IMG/VR virus record: IMGVR_UViG_2706796186_000001
Span: 64,001-128,000 of that record
Strand: one strand, 5' to 3'
Length of the DNA: 64,000 nucleotides
Origin: a virus
Lineage: Duplodnaviria > Caudoviricetes
Shown here: positions 45,263-54,290 of the stretch, piece by piece
Position numbering within the stretch: the stretch's first letter is position 1
How the letters are laid out: each line of letters starts with the position of its first letter
Notes under the pieces: generated by a model
Seen by the model: only the letters and a program-made list of their open reading frames with translations
Databases searched by the model: none
Told to the model about the DNA's origin: nothing
Made by a program: the position numbers and the translations under genes

Positions 45263-45651
45263 GTTTTGATATCAAGAACGACACCCTGCGCATCATTGTT
45301 CCGGTCGGCACTATTCCCGGTCGTGAAATCCCACTTTTTGAAAACGCCACGGCGTTAGCCAAAGAAGCTTTCGAAGCTGCGGGTTTCGAGAAAGTGGAAC
45401 TGGTTGAGAAACCGGCAGCGTTTTTCACCCGTGCTTACAGCGACAGCGGGCAGGCTTGGGCTGCACTGTATAACTACGGTTTGGTATTACGCTCGTCGTT
45501 TACGCCGTACGTCACCATTGAAGAACTGCAAAAGCACGCAGCCATCATCAATGTGTGGCATGACATCTTCAGCCACAAAATCCCAACGGATACACTGATC
45601 AGATTCTCGCCGACCCTGACCATGATTGCCGTTAACGATTTGGCCAAATAA
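45259..45651 (+). CDS. Hypothetical protein, 130 aa
   Basis: AAGGAG SD, ATGA overlap. Confidence 0.75.
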   Translation: MSFDIKNDTLRIIVPVGTIPGREIPLFENATALAKEAFEAAGFEKVELVEKPAAFFTRAYSDSGQAWAALYNYGLVLRSSFTPYVTIEELQKHAAIINVWHDIFSHKIPTDTLIRFSPTLTMIAVNDLAK

Positions 45652-45676
45652 ATTAGCACCCACAAGGAGTATCAAC

Positions 45677-46579
45677 ATGCAGGCTCAATTTATCCGCGTA
45701 CCGTTGTTTTCGAAAAATACCATCTCCGACAACATTGTTCTTCAGAATCTAATCGATACCACCCACAAACTTTATACGCTGGCGAAAGACAAGTTTCCGC
45801 ACATCGAGGGCTATAGCGTCCCCGAAGAAACACGCACTTACGTACTGATGGAGAAGTACGCCCGTCCGGCTTACCGCGCATTATCGACGCTGGCACCCGA
45901 TTCGGAAGAAGCAGCGAAAATCATTGCGTTATTGCACGAAGTCTATTGTGGTATCGCGGCGGACGATTGTGTAAACGTCGAACCGACGCCAGCGATGCTG
46001 TTGGCTATCAACAATCAGCACCTCCAGTCTGACATGTACATGCGTGCTGTGTTAGAAAGTAAACCTGGGTTCATGCGCAGGAGTATTGCTAACAACGGGC
46101 CGCGCGTTAAAAACCCTATCAATAAGGATATCACGCTTATCGGTGTCGCGGATATGCCTGCCGATATGCAAAAGGCTATTCTCGAAACGATGGCGCGGTT
46201 TAACGCAGGCAGAAACACGTTGTTGACTGGCCGCGACCGTAACATTATTACCGGTCCGGTGAGTTTCAATTTGAATTACCTCGGCGACGGTAAGTGGGAA
46301 GCCGATATCCACATTGTGGCTCAATCAGTTTCCGGACAGATCTGGCAGTTCATCATTGAACGTCTGAAGGCAGACACTGATTCAACCGAAGATAAATATA
46401 TCATCAACGGTGATAAAATGGTTATCGAGATGGCCCAAATGTTGCCGGAACGTCAGATGAGTGATGTTGTTATCAAACTGGTCACCAATGGTCTCAAAAA
46501 CACCATTATCCATGCCCTGTTGGATATCAGCAAAAACCGTTATCAAAATGAAATTATTCTTCGTTCCCTGAAGAAATAA
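45677..46579 (+). CDS. Hypothetical protein, 300 aa
   Basis: CACAAGGAGTAT SD before ATG 45677. Confidence 0.8.
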   Translation: MQAQFIRVPLFSKNTISDNIVLQNLIDTTHKLYTLAKDKFPHIEGYSVPEETRTYVLMEKYARPAYRALSTLAPDSEEAAKIIALLHEVYCGIAADDCVNVEPTPAMLLAINNQHLQSDMYMRAVLESKPGFMRRSIANNGPRVKNPINKDITLIGVADMPADMQKAILETMARFNAGRNTLLTGRDRNIITGPVSFNLNYLGDGKWEADIHIVAQSVSGQIWQFIIERLKADTDSTEDKYIINGDKMVIEMAQMLPERQMSDVVIKLVTNGLKNTIIHALLDISKNRYQNEIILRSLKK

Positions 46580-46603
46580 GCAGTCCCCACAAGGAGTATA
46601 AAA

Positions 46604-47122
46604 ATGGAAATGAACTTTTACACTAAGCGAGAGTTAACGCACCTCGCAATGTTAAAACAACCGGGTATGGCCATTGACCCGGAAATCAAGATTGACCCGC
46701 TCAAAGAAGAAATCGCGTTGAGCTACCCGGAAGCCGAGTGGAACGACTGGTACTGCAAGGTGAAGATGGTGTCTTACGCGCTTCTGGAGCTGGCACGCTA
46801 CAACACCTGCAAACGTTTGCAAGGTTGGGTCTGGTATGTGCCCCGTACGCCGTCTCAGTTAGCCTTTGAGACAAATCCCGAAGAGAAGGTGGCTATCCGC
46901 CCAGTCATCCACCCTGAGCGCTTAGAGGTCCATCTGGAAGCGATTTGGAACCGTCCGCGTACGGAGCTGGCGGAAATCGTTCGCATTATCCAGCGGGTTG
47001 AGATGCCGGGACTGACGTGGGTAACCTGGGACTCGGTTGATGTCAACAAAAACTTCTGGGTATTAAGCTGGGTCGGTGGACCGTTCCATAACCACAACCA
47101 TATCTACCTGAACCGGAGATAG
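46604..47122 (+). CDS. Hypothetical Trp-rich protein, 172 aa
   Basis: Same CACAAGGAGTAT SD. Confidence 0.8.
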   Translation: MEMNFYTKRELTHLAMLKQPGMAIDPEIKIDPLKEEIALSYPEAEWNDWYCKVKMVSYALLELARYNTCKRLQGWVWYVPRTPSQLAFETNPEEKVAIRPVIHPERLEVHLEAIWNRPRTELAEIVRIIQRVEMPGLTWVTWDSVDVNKNFWVLSWVGGPFHNHNHIYLNRR

Positions 47123-47126
47123 CCCG

Positions 47127-47402
47127 ATGCTTGACCGTCTGCTCTCCTTGATTAACAAACGTCAGCGTGACCTCTTTCAGCGTAACCTGCGTCTGGAAGA
47201 ACAAAAGCTGGAAGCGGAACAGCGTGTCCGTGCGCTCGAAAAGGTGGTGTTGGAAATGACCGACGTCGCGATATCGCATTGCGTGGTGATAAAAGCCGGT
47301 GTCGAGCGCAGTGACGGGCCATCCATTCGCCTGTCGACCGATACGCTCCATCAGCGCATGGTGGGCTACCGTACCAAAGTCAAAGAACTGGATTATTTCT
47401 GA
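47127..47402 (+). CDS. Hypothetical coiled-coil protein, 91 aa
   Basis: GGAG SD; heptad pattern. Confidence 0.7.
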   Translation: MLDRLLSLINKRQRDLFQRNLRLEEQKLEAEQRVRALEKVVLEMTDVAISHCVVIKAGVERSDGPSIRLSTDTLHQRMVGYRTKVKELDYF

Positions 47403-47728
47403 TGAAAGATGTAACGCCTTTTGATGCCAAGTCACTCGGTGGGATGTCGCCAGAGCAATCGCTTTCCTACCTCGCAAGGGGTGGGAAGATTCTGGATGAC
47501 ACCGACACAGCTGACCGGTTGTTAACCATGATGGTGCCCCTGCGTGATAACTACTACGAGATTGTGCCGCTCGCAACCGAGTATGTGGTACGCACGCCGG
47601 GGCGTGAATACGAAGCATTGAGAGCGCCTCGCAGCGTAGGCGGGGTGATTCTATTGATGCGTAACTTTAACGACGCTGTAGAGCGCTGTGGGCTGTATAT
47701 CGCCACAGGTGGAACGGGACACTACTAA
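47402..47728 (+). CDS. Hypothetical protein, 108 aa
   Basis: TGATG coupling. Confidence 0.7.
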   Translation: MKDVTPFDAKSLGGMSPEQSLSYLARGGKILDDTDTADRLLTMMVPLRDNYYEIVPLATEYVVRTPGREYEALRAPRSVGGVILLMRNFNDAVERCGLYIATGGTGHY

Positions 47729-48147
47729 TGTTTGGATGGCTTACACGACTGTCGAAATTGAAGCAGGAAAACGCCGAGCTAAAAGAGTTGGTGGTAACGC
47801 TGCGGGAACTCAATGAAACTGATGAACGTATGCTTGCATCCACCATGGCTTCCTTAAATGATGACATGATGCGCGGGCGCGTATGGGTCGAGTCATACCG
47901 GTGGCACATTTGCCGGATGAACGAATCCACGCAGAAGTACATCAAGGAATACGAGGAGTCGTATCAAAATACCGCCAAAGAACGAAACATCCACATTAAT
48001 CACGAACCGATACCGACGTTCGATTTCCCGACCTCACCACCGGACGAAATTGTTGTACGTCCCCGTGATAAGTACCGTACGCCGATTCGTGGCACAATAG
48101 AGATTAAAGATCTCAGCACGTATATTCAACCAAAAAAGGAACAGTGA
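47728..48147 (+). CDS. Hypothetical protein, 139 aa
   Basis: TAATG coupling. Confidence 0.7.
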   Translation: MFGWLTRLSKLKQENAELKELVVTLRELNETDERMLASTMASLNDDMMRGRVWVESYRWHICRMNESTQKYIKEYEESYQNTAKERNIHINHEPIPTFDFPTSPPDEIVVRPRDKYRTPIRGTIEIKDLSTYIQPKKEQ

Positions 48148-48566
48148 TGTACCAACTGACATTGTCAAACGGTTTAACAGTTAGCTTAGTTCAACCCACG
48201 GTTGAAGATGTGCGCAAGTTCACCCACAACCAGCGCGATGCCCGCACGTCGCAGACTATGTGGATTCTCAGCGAAAACGGTGAGTTTATCTTACCGAAGT
48301 TTGTGAAATCGGAGCGCGGTGAACATCTCGCGATTAACCGTTTTCTTGACCGGATGCAAAAGGTCGGTACGGAATATGGCTTAGCCGTGTGTACTGCGGA
48401 ACTGCCGGACGACCTCGTGCTGATGTCAGATGAGCTGATGCACCTGTCCGTTGAGTATTTGGCGATTATCGATAACTATTGTAAGTACCCGAATGCCCGT
48501 ACGTTCATCATGATGTCGAACATGGCGTCGCATCTTTGGAACGTGCACCACCGCAAGAAACACTAA
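48144..48566 (+). CDS. Hypothetical protein, 140 aa
   Basis: AAGGA SD; overlapping stop/start. Confidence 0.7.
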   Translation: MMYQLTLSNGLTVSLVQPTVEDVRKFTHNQRDARTSQTMWILSENGEFILPKFVKSERGEHLAINRFLDRMQKVGTEYGLAVCTAELPDDLVLMSDELMHLSVEYLAIIDNYCKYPNARTFIMMSNMASHLWNVHHRKKH

Positions 48567-48590
48567 GAGTAACCTAAAAGGAGTATTAAA

Positions 48591-49931
48591 ATGTTGAAAC
48601 CTCGTAAAGCAAAAACCGGTCTGGTAATCGTTACTCGCTATTCTGCGGGACTCCGTGGATTCCCAGAAGGGTTTGCGGTGTACTTGGGCAAGAAACTTGT
48701 TCGCTACATCGATGGCGTAGAAGTCGGTGAGATTGTGGGGCCATTAGGTGCACCTACCTTACCGGTCTTTAACCTGCCGAAAACCACCCGTGTGATATAT
48801 CGCCAATTACAGAATATGTTTTGTCGTGCGACCATCGGCATGGGTACCAAATACTACGGCCTGCGTAAGTTAAAGCCGGTCGCTAAAAAGAAAGACACCT
48901 ACATGGAAGAGTTGCAGGAGTCACTGTTCGGTAAACCGGATTACAGTCACATCGGTATTAACGCCAACCGTGACGCGGGTATGCAAACGTCGATGGACAC
49001 GCTGTTTAAGGGCGGGATTCACAACGGTAATGACAAACTGGCCCGTAAGATTGCCAATAACCCCGGTGTGTCCGGTGCGTTTGATAATCGTGTTGCCGGA
49101 CTGCTTCAGCAAGGTACGGGACATTCTTTACTGACAAGTGACTGTCGCTCCATCCGGTCTATTGCGTTGCAGATGGCGCAGCACAATGTCGATACGGCTA
49201 TGCGTAAGTTGAACTTCTCTAACGTTACGGTGCTGTACAGCACCGACGTGTTGAAGGATGTCGAGAACGAACTCCGTACCTGTCACGATGATCGTAACCA
49301 CATCAACCGAATGCTTGAGCTTCGTAAAACGCTGCCGTTAGCGGGTACCTACACACTCGTTGATGATCTGGTTAAGCTACCGCTGATGTCTCAATTGACT
49401 GAGTCTATCTGCGCAGCCGGTAAACGGGCAATGGCAGAACTGCCAACGGAAGACGCCGCTGAGTTGGATGACCCGACTCCAGAGACGTTAGTGGACTGGC
49501 TGATTCTGTTCGGTTCACTAAACCAACCGAAGACGGTGGACTATCTTTCCACGTTGAACGTCGGTGGCAGTGGGATCTCTTCTGAGGAAACGGCGGCGTT
49601 GTATAAGCGCATTCGTGAGCGTGCTGGAATTAACGATGGGGATGAAGCAGTTGCCAGAACGGTGGCGATGGCACGGGCAATTAGTCCGCACCTTCACGAC
49701 CCTTATGCTTACTCACGCGCGTTGCGTAACGGCGAACCTGTGCTGTACATGGATCTCGAAATGCCGACGGATACCAGTAAGCTCAAAGACCTGTTGGTCA
49801 AGGAAGAAGATTTGCCTAAGTTGATGGCCAACTACATCAAGGTTCGCCAAGGGGGCAAAGGCGAGATGTTCACCCTCGACTCTATCCCTCGTGAAAACAG
49901 CTTATTGAAGGACGAAGACGACAATGCTTAA
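48591..49931 (+). CDS. Hypothetical protein, 446 aa
   Basis: AAGGAG SD; N-terminus MLKPRK shared with the next gene. Confidence 0.8.
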   Translation: MLKPRKAKTGLVIVTRYSAGLRGFPEGFAVYLGKKLVRYIDGVEVGEIVGPLGAPTLPVFNLPKTTRVIYRQLQNMFCRATIGMGTKYYGLRKLKPVAKKKDTYMEELQESLFGKPDYSHIGINANRDAGMQTSMDTLFKGGIHNGNDKLARKIANNPGVSGAFDNRVAGLLQQGTGHSLLTSDCRSIRSIALQMAQHNVDTAMRKLNFSNVTVLYSTDVLKDVENELRTCHDDRNHINRMLELRKTLPLAGTYTLVDDLVKLPLMSQLTESICAAGKRAMAELPTEDAAELDDPTPETLVDWLILFGSLNQPKTVDYLSTLNVGGSGISSEETAALYKRIRERAGINDGDEAVARTVAMARAISPHLHDPYAYSRALRNGEPVLYMDLEMPTDTSKLKDLLVKEEDLPKLMANYIKVRQGGKGEMFTLDSIPRENSLLKDEDDNA

Positions 49932-50496
49932 ACCGAAGAAACGCAAGGACCGTGTATACTTGATGCGGGCAACGAACGGCGGTTATGTGGTGCGCAGCGA
50001 AACCAAACGACGCGCGCTCACCCAAGACGCTATCGATGGCATCCTGTTGGTCTACAGTCCAGAGTACAGTTATCCGTGCGCAAACCGTGTAGTGCGATTA
50101 GTTCTGGATATGGTTTACCGGAACAATCGTAAGAAGGTTATGTTGAAAGAGTTCTCGTGGGAAACCTTCACGCCAAGTCCGGAGAAGTTCCGAGTCCCGA
50201 CTGATGGTGTGATGGGTCGTGAGTTGGATTGGAGTCGACTTTTGACGAAGCCGGTTATCTCTGAGAACGCGAAAGCGGCGATTGGGGGTTTGGAAATCAA
50301 AGGTGTGCAGCTGAAGCAATCGAAGCTTAAAACTGACGACATCCAAGAACTGGTTAAAGAGTTCGGGGTTGTCGCGGAGCAGCAACTGATTGACCGCTTC
50401 ATGCGAAACGAACAACCTACCCAAGAAGAGTATGAGCAGGCGCAGGCTATCGGCCGTTTGATGCTCCACCGCTGGTTAGAAAAGCAGAACTGTTAA
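49924..50496 (+). CDS. Hypothetical protein, 190 aa
   Basis: Overlaps the upstream stop; terminator follows. Confidence 0.75.
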   Translation: MLKPKKRKDRVYLMRATNGGYVVRSETKRRALTQDAIDGILLVYSPEYSYPCANRVVRLVLDMVYRNNRKKVMLKEFSWETFTPSPEKFRVPTDGVMGRELDWSRLLTKPVISENAKAAIGGLEIKGVQLKQSKLKTDDIQELVKEFGVVAEQQLIDRFMRNEQPTQEEYEQAQAIGRLMLHRWLEKQNC

Positions 50497-50505
50497 AAGG
50501 CAGTG

Positions 50506-50541
50506 CCCTACTCCTTCGGGAGTAGGGTTTCTTCTTTTTTT
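50506..50541 (+). terminator. Intrinsic terminator, repeated family
   Basis: CCCTACTCC-TTCG-GGAGTAGGG plus T-run, nearly identical to 9459-9493. Confidence 0.9.
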
Positions 50542-50566
50542 GTTTACTCGCAATAAAAAATATTTC

Positions 50567-50587
50567 AGATATATATTACCTAGGTGA
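50567..50587 (+). promoter_or_regulatory. Putative phage early promoter (TATATTAC class)
   Basis: AGATATATATTACCTAGGTGA, identical to 3018-3038. Confidence 0.75.
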
Positions 50588-50645
50588 GAGTTGAGTAATA
50601 ATCTTCTCTTAACCATCCTATTAATAGACTATCGAGGAATACATC

Positions 50646-51071
50646 ATGAACACAGTTATCACTCTGAACGACACCATCCGTGAAGTAGCTCGCCGTAACC
50701 CAGCAGCTCTGTTATCCGTAGTTGGCATGTATGCGGGTACCGGTCGTGTCAATGATATCCCGGTGGAAACACTGGAAGCTGCAATCGAGAAAGCGCACGA
50801 AGCAGGACGCAACACACCTGTTCCTAATCGTGAAAATTTCGACAGTGACATGGCCTACAACGACCAAGTCAATCAGCTGACCATCATCAAAGCACTGGCA
50901 ACTAATCTCTGCTATGGCTTTACTGCGGATAACATCCCAGACATGATTGATGAAATGTACGACCGTATGGAAAGTCATGAAGAAGTGTGGGATGCCTACA
51001 CGGCCATCACTGTATCCACGCGTCGGATGGAAGAAGCTTTCATGGAGAAAGCGAAAACCGAACTGTTCTAA
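50646..51071 (+). CDS. Acidic early protein, 141 aa
   Basis: GAGGA SD; directly downstream of the promoter. Confidence 0.8.
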   Translation: MNTVITLNDTIREVARRNPAALLSVVGMYAGTGRVNDIPVETLEAAIEKAHEAGRNTPVPNRENFDSDMAYNDQVNQLTIIKALATNLCYGFTADNIPDMIDEMYDRMESHEEVWDAYTAITVSTRRMEEAFMEKAKTELF

Positions 51072-51143
51072 TATACCTACCCCTACCCAATTGGGTAGGG
51101 GTTAACTTAACTTATCTTAAAATATAAATACTGGAGAATCACC

Positions 51144-51365
51144 ATGCGCAACTTATTCACTACTAACAAAGCTATCGTTGAAACTGTTAAACCTGCTGGC
51201 AAGAAAGAAGACATGCTGGACCTGCTGCTGAAACTGAACAGCAATGAGCTGACCGCAGTTATGGCTGAGATGAAAAAGGGTGACCCTATGGTCAGCAAAG
51301 TCGAAGCCATCTACGACCGCAAGTCTGATGGCAAGATGAAAAGCACCATGCTGTTCATGTGCTAA
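51144..51365 (+). CDS. Small early protein, 73 aa
   Basis: GGAG SD; strong codon bias. Confidence 0.75.
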   Translation: MRNLFTTNKAIVETVKPAGKKEDMLDLLLKLNSNELTAVMAEMKKGDPMVSKVEAIYDRKSDGKMKSTMLFMC

Positions 51366-51368
51366 GGG

Positions 51369-51447
51369 TAAATGATGCGACAACCAATACGCTGACTCTC
51401 GGTTACCCGAGAGTCAGCTGAGGCGTGTGTGTCATTTATTTTTTTTT
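51369..51447 (+). terminator. Extended stem-loop with U-tract
   Basis: 12-bp perfect stem GCTGACTCTCGG-TTAC-CCGAGAGTCAGC inside outer TAAATGA...TCATTTA pairing, then a T-run. Confidence 0.65.
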
Positions 51448-51545
51448 GATTTTTCCCGTGGTTGACACACTCTTCTTTTTTCTTGTTGGATAAGCGGCAA
51501 GATGCTATGGACGTCACCCCATCACTTACATGAGGAACATGCACC

Positions 51546-53348
51546 ATGGTTATCACTGCTACTGCTTCTGACCGTTGTGCATCAATTGGCGCATTGCGCG
51601 CGAGTGAGCCGGTATTCCCCGGACAACGTATTGATTTGAAAGAATATCGTCAAGGCTCCGGCTTTGGTGGTGGTTTCTTTATTCACGACGACACCGACAC
51701 GTCAACTCCTGATGATGGCGGCTATTGTGTTGTCACCCCTAAAGGTGCTCGCTGGAAACGTGCACTGAACTCCCTGCATGAGCTGAACATTTGTCACTTT
51801 GGCGCAGAAGGGAACGGAGTCGATACCGCAGACGCGTTTGCGCGAATGATGGCCTTCTCCCAAAAGAACATTCCGGGTATGGGCGTGCAGTATCCGACCG
51901 GTACCTTTAAACTGTCGAAATTCACCAACACAAAAGAACTGGGACGCTTCCGCGTCGCCGGTGCTCCGATTGACGCTGACTACGGTTACTTCACGGGCAC
52001 CACGCTTTACGGCAACAACGACCAAGAAGGGTTCATCTTGGATATTGTTGCACGACGTACTGCTATTTCGAATATCAACTTCGAAGGGGCAGTCGATATC
52101 AACGCGGAGAGCAACAAGAAGGTTGCCGGTAAGATGGGCTTCCTGCGCAACACCTGTCCGGGCGGTCAGTACATCCGCGTCGGTAACTGGACCAGCTCGT
52201 TTGTGGGTGGTGTGACCTTTAGCATCCTTGATGCGTTGGACACCAAGTTCGACCAGTTCTACGTGTCTAAACACACCAACAGCTTTATTCGTGGTCGTTG
52301 GTCTGGCCAGACGTGGGGTGTGTGGGATCACGAAACCGCCATTGAGCTGTGCAACTTCAACATCCAGAGTTGTACTGGCCCACATGCGCTTGACCTGCCG
52401 CGTGCGACACAGTCACAAATTACCAACGGTTGGATTGAGCACACCGAGAATCCGGGCGACCTGTCTGATGGCCATTGGCTGATTGACAACTTCTCGATTG
52501 AAGACTCGGGCAAAATGCTAATTCAAAACGCCCGCCTAACGCGCCATCACATCAACCTGCAAGGGACGAGTGGTTTCGACAAGGGCACTGGCGTATCGAA
52601 TTGGCCGGGGCTGTCTGGGTACGAGAAAGGTGACCTACAGCTCGAATGGCACGGCATTGAAGCCGCGGGTTCTATTGCTGCAAAATACTTTGCCCCCATC
52701 GGTCGCATGGATAACAACAAAGCTACTTCGCAGTGGTTCTATCTGGGCAGCATCCGTACCACTGGTGTGGGTGAGAACGTCAAGATTACCCTGCAAGGCA
52801 CCCGTGGTTATAACGGTGTGAATGCCAGTGAAACCCGTTTGGGTGGCGGTGGTAGTGCACACGGCGCGGGTATCATCAGTATCAAAACTGTCTCGTCTAA
52901 CTACGCCGATGTGCAATGGGATGGAAAAGGTTCCTGCCCGGTGAAGAACGTGAAGTTCACGAAGCCGTTCAAGAACACCTGCCACCTCTTCGTTGAGTTG
53001 TTTGACTGGACGCGTTACATCTCACCGAAAGTTGAGGTGACTTCGAAGTCACGTTTTGAAGCCGGTATTCCATTCGACTTCAGTTTCGTAGGCACACCGA
53101 TTTCGCTTGAAGAAATGCAAGCGTTGGCTGATGCGCAGACTGCGGCAGCGGGTAACACCGTGACATTGAACGATGCCATTACCGGCATGTATCTGGGTGC
53201 CAAGAACGGTATCGGTTGGAACGGAAACGGTGAACTGCTGTTACGCTTTGCATTAACTAACGGGTATTTACCTGTGCGGATTACCGATCCGGTAACCGAA
53301 CGTGTAACCCAAGGGTACATCAAAGTCGAAACATCGTTGCCGGTGTAA
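51546..53348 (+). CDS. AmsF-like / tailspike-type beta-helix protein (possible EPS-interacting)
   Basis: GGG.F..D..DT.T.DDGG...V...G.RWKR domain, HFGA.G.G.D..DAF beta-helix start, WDH.TAIEL.NFNIQ and NGWIEH recalled from the AmsF family. Confidence 0.65.
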   Translation: MVITATASDRCASIGALRASEPVFPGQRIDLKEYRQGSGFGGGFFIHDDTDTSTPDDGGYCVVTPKGARWKRALNSLHELNICHFGAEGNGVDTADAFARMMAFSQKNIPGMGVQYPTGTFKLSKFTNTKELGRFRVAGAPIDADYGYFTGTTLYGNNDQEGFILDIVARRTAISNINFEGAVDINAESNKKVAGKMGFLRNTCPGGQYIRVGNWTSSFVGGVTFSILDALDTKFDQFYVSKHTNSFIRGRWSGQTWGVWDHETAIELCNFNIQSCTGPHALDLPRATQSQITNGWIEHTENPGDLSDGHWLIDNFSIEDSGKMLIQNARLTRHHINLQGTSGFDKGTGVSNWPGLSGYEKGDLQLEWHGIEAAGSIAAKYFAPIGRMDNNKATSQWFYLGSIRTTGVGENVKITLQGTRGYNGVNASETRLGGGGSAHGAGIISIKTVSSNYADVQWDGKGSCPVKNVKFTKPFKNTCHLFVELFDWTRYISPKVEVTSKSRFEAGIPFDFSFVGTPISLEEMQALADAQTAAAGNTVTLNDAITGMYLGAKNGIGWNGNGELLLRFALTNGYLPVRITDPVTERVTQGYIKVETSLPV

Positions 53349-53354
53349 TATTGT

Positions 53355-53390
53355 GTGGGGCACCTCGGTGTCCCACTTTATTCTTTTTTT
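53355..53390 (+). terminator. Intrinsic terminator
   Basis: GTGGGGCAC-CTCG-GTGTCCCAC plus T-run. Confidence 0.8.
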
Positions 53391-53486
53391 GTGCCAAACA
53401 AGATGGGCCTTTAATATGCTGGCAGGGGGTTAACATTACCGCGGTAGTGTTTGGCCTTATTACACCTTAATAACCGAGTTAACGCG

Positions 53487-54281
53487 ATGTCTTTTAAATC
53501 CAAACAGAATCTGCTTAAACTCATCAACAAAGAGAACAAAATCTCCCCGGAGCTGACGTTCGATGATGTTGATATCTCTCTGCCGGAGGTGGTTTCAGTC
53601 GACGGTCGTGATTCAAAGGTTACGTTAACCTCGAAAATCAGGGGCGACGAAGGATCACAGGTTGAGGTGACATACCACCGTCGCGATCTACCTGACTATA
53701 TTCTCGGCGATCTGAGGTTCGATACAATCGGTGTGGTCACGACCCACGATTATATTCCCGCGCTAAACGATCGTTTCGATTTGAACCTGCTTCCGGAAGA
53801 CCTGGAAGACGCCCCGGTCGCGGGTGATTCGCATACGGTAGTTGCCGTGCCGACATCACACGAATGGCGTGGGAGCGTTACATTACAACTTGTTACCGCA
53901 GTACCGTTAGCATCTGTTGTCCCTCTTACTGAATTAGATGGACTGTTGTATCCTGATCATCAAACGACGACGCTGGGGCAAGCCTCCGTGTACTCGTACT
54001 ATTTGGATGCAAGTAAACTGGCTAGCTGGGTTCCTTCACTGCGCGCCGGTACAGCGGACATGACTGCCTTTGCGAAGGCGTTAAATACGATTGTACCTGA
54101 GCTGTGGGTAAATGAACTCAATGCGGTACCTTACAACCTTTCACAAGCAGTAGTCCAGTTTTACGGCAGCCCGTCGATGATTGCTGGTACGAACCCGGCG
54201 TTTGACAGTGTCCTCGGCTTAGAGTTGGGTCCACTGTGTACGAACTTCCAGGGCACCTTACTGCTGCACTTTAACAACTAG
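53487..54281 (+). CDS. Virion structural paralog 1 (modules A-B)
   Basis: LINKEN, YHRRDL, LN.RF.L.L..ED, LDGL.YP, GQA.VYSY and LLHFN. Confidence 0.8.
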   Translation: MSFKSKQNLLKLINKENKISPELTFDDVDISLPEVVSVDGRDSKVTLTSKIRGDEGSQVEVTYHRRDLPDYILGDLRFDTIGVVTTHDYIPALNDRFDLNLLPEDLEDAPVAGDSHTVVAVPTSHEWRGSVTLQLVTAVPLASVVPLTELDGLLYPDHQTTTLGQASVYSYYLDASKLASWVPSLRAGTADMTAFAKALNTIVPELWVNELNAVPYNLSQAVVQFYGSPSMIAGTNPAFDSVLGLELGPLCTNFQGTLLLHFNN

Positions 54282-54290
54282 GAGGGCTGA

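Noticed and set aside
45658-46600. Repeated CCCACAAGGAGTAT before two consecutive genes as a recombination site
   Set aside because: Most simply an extended Shine-Dalgarno context; AAGGAGTAT recurs before many genes
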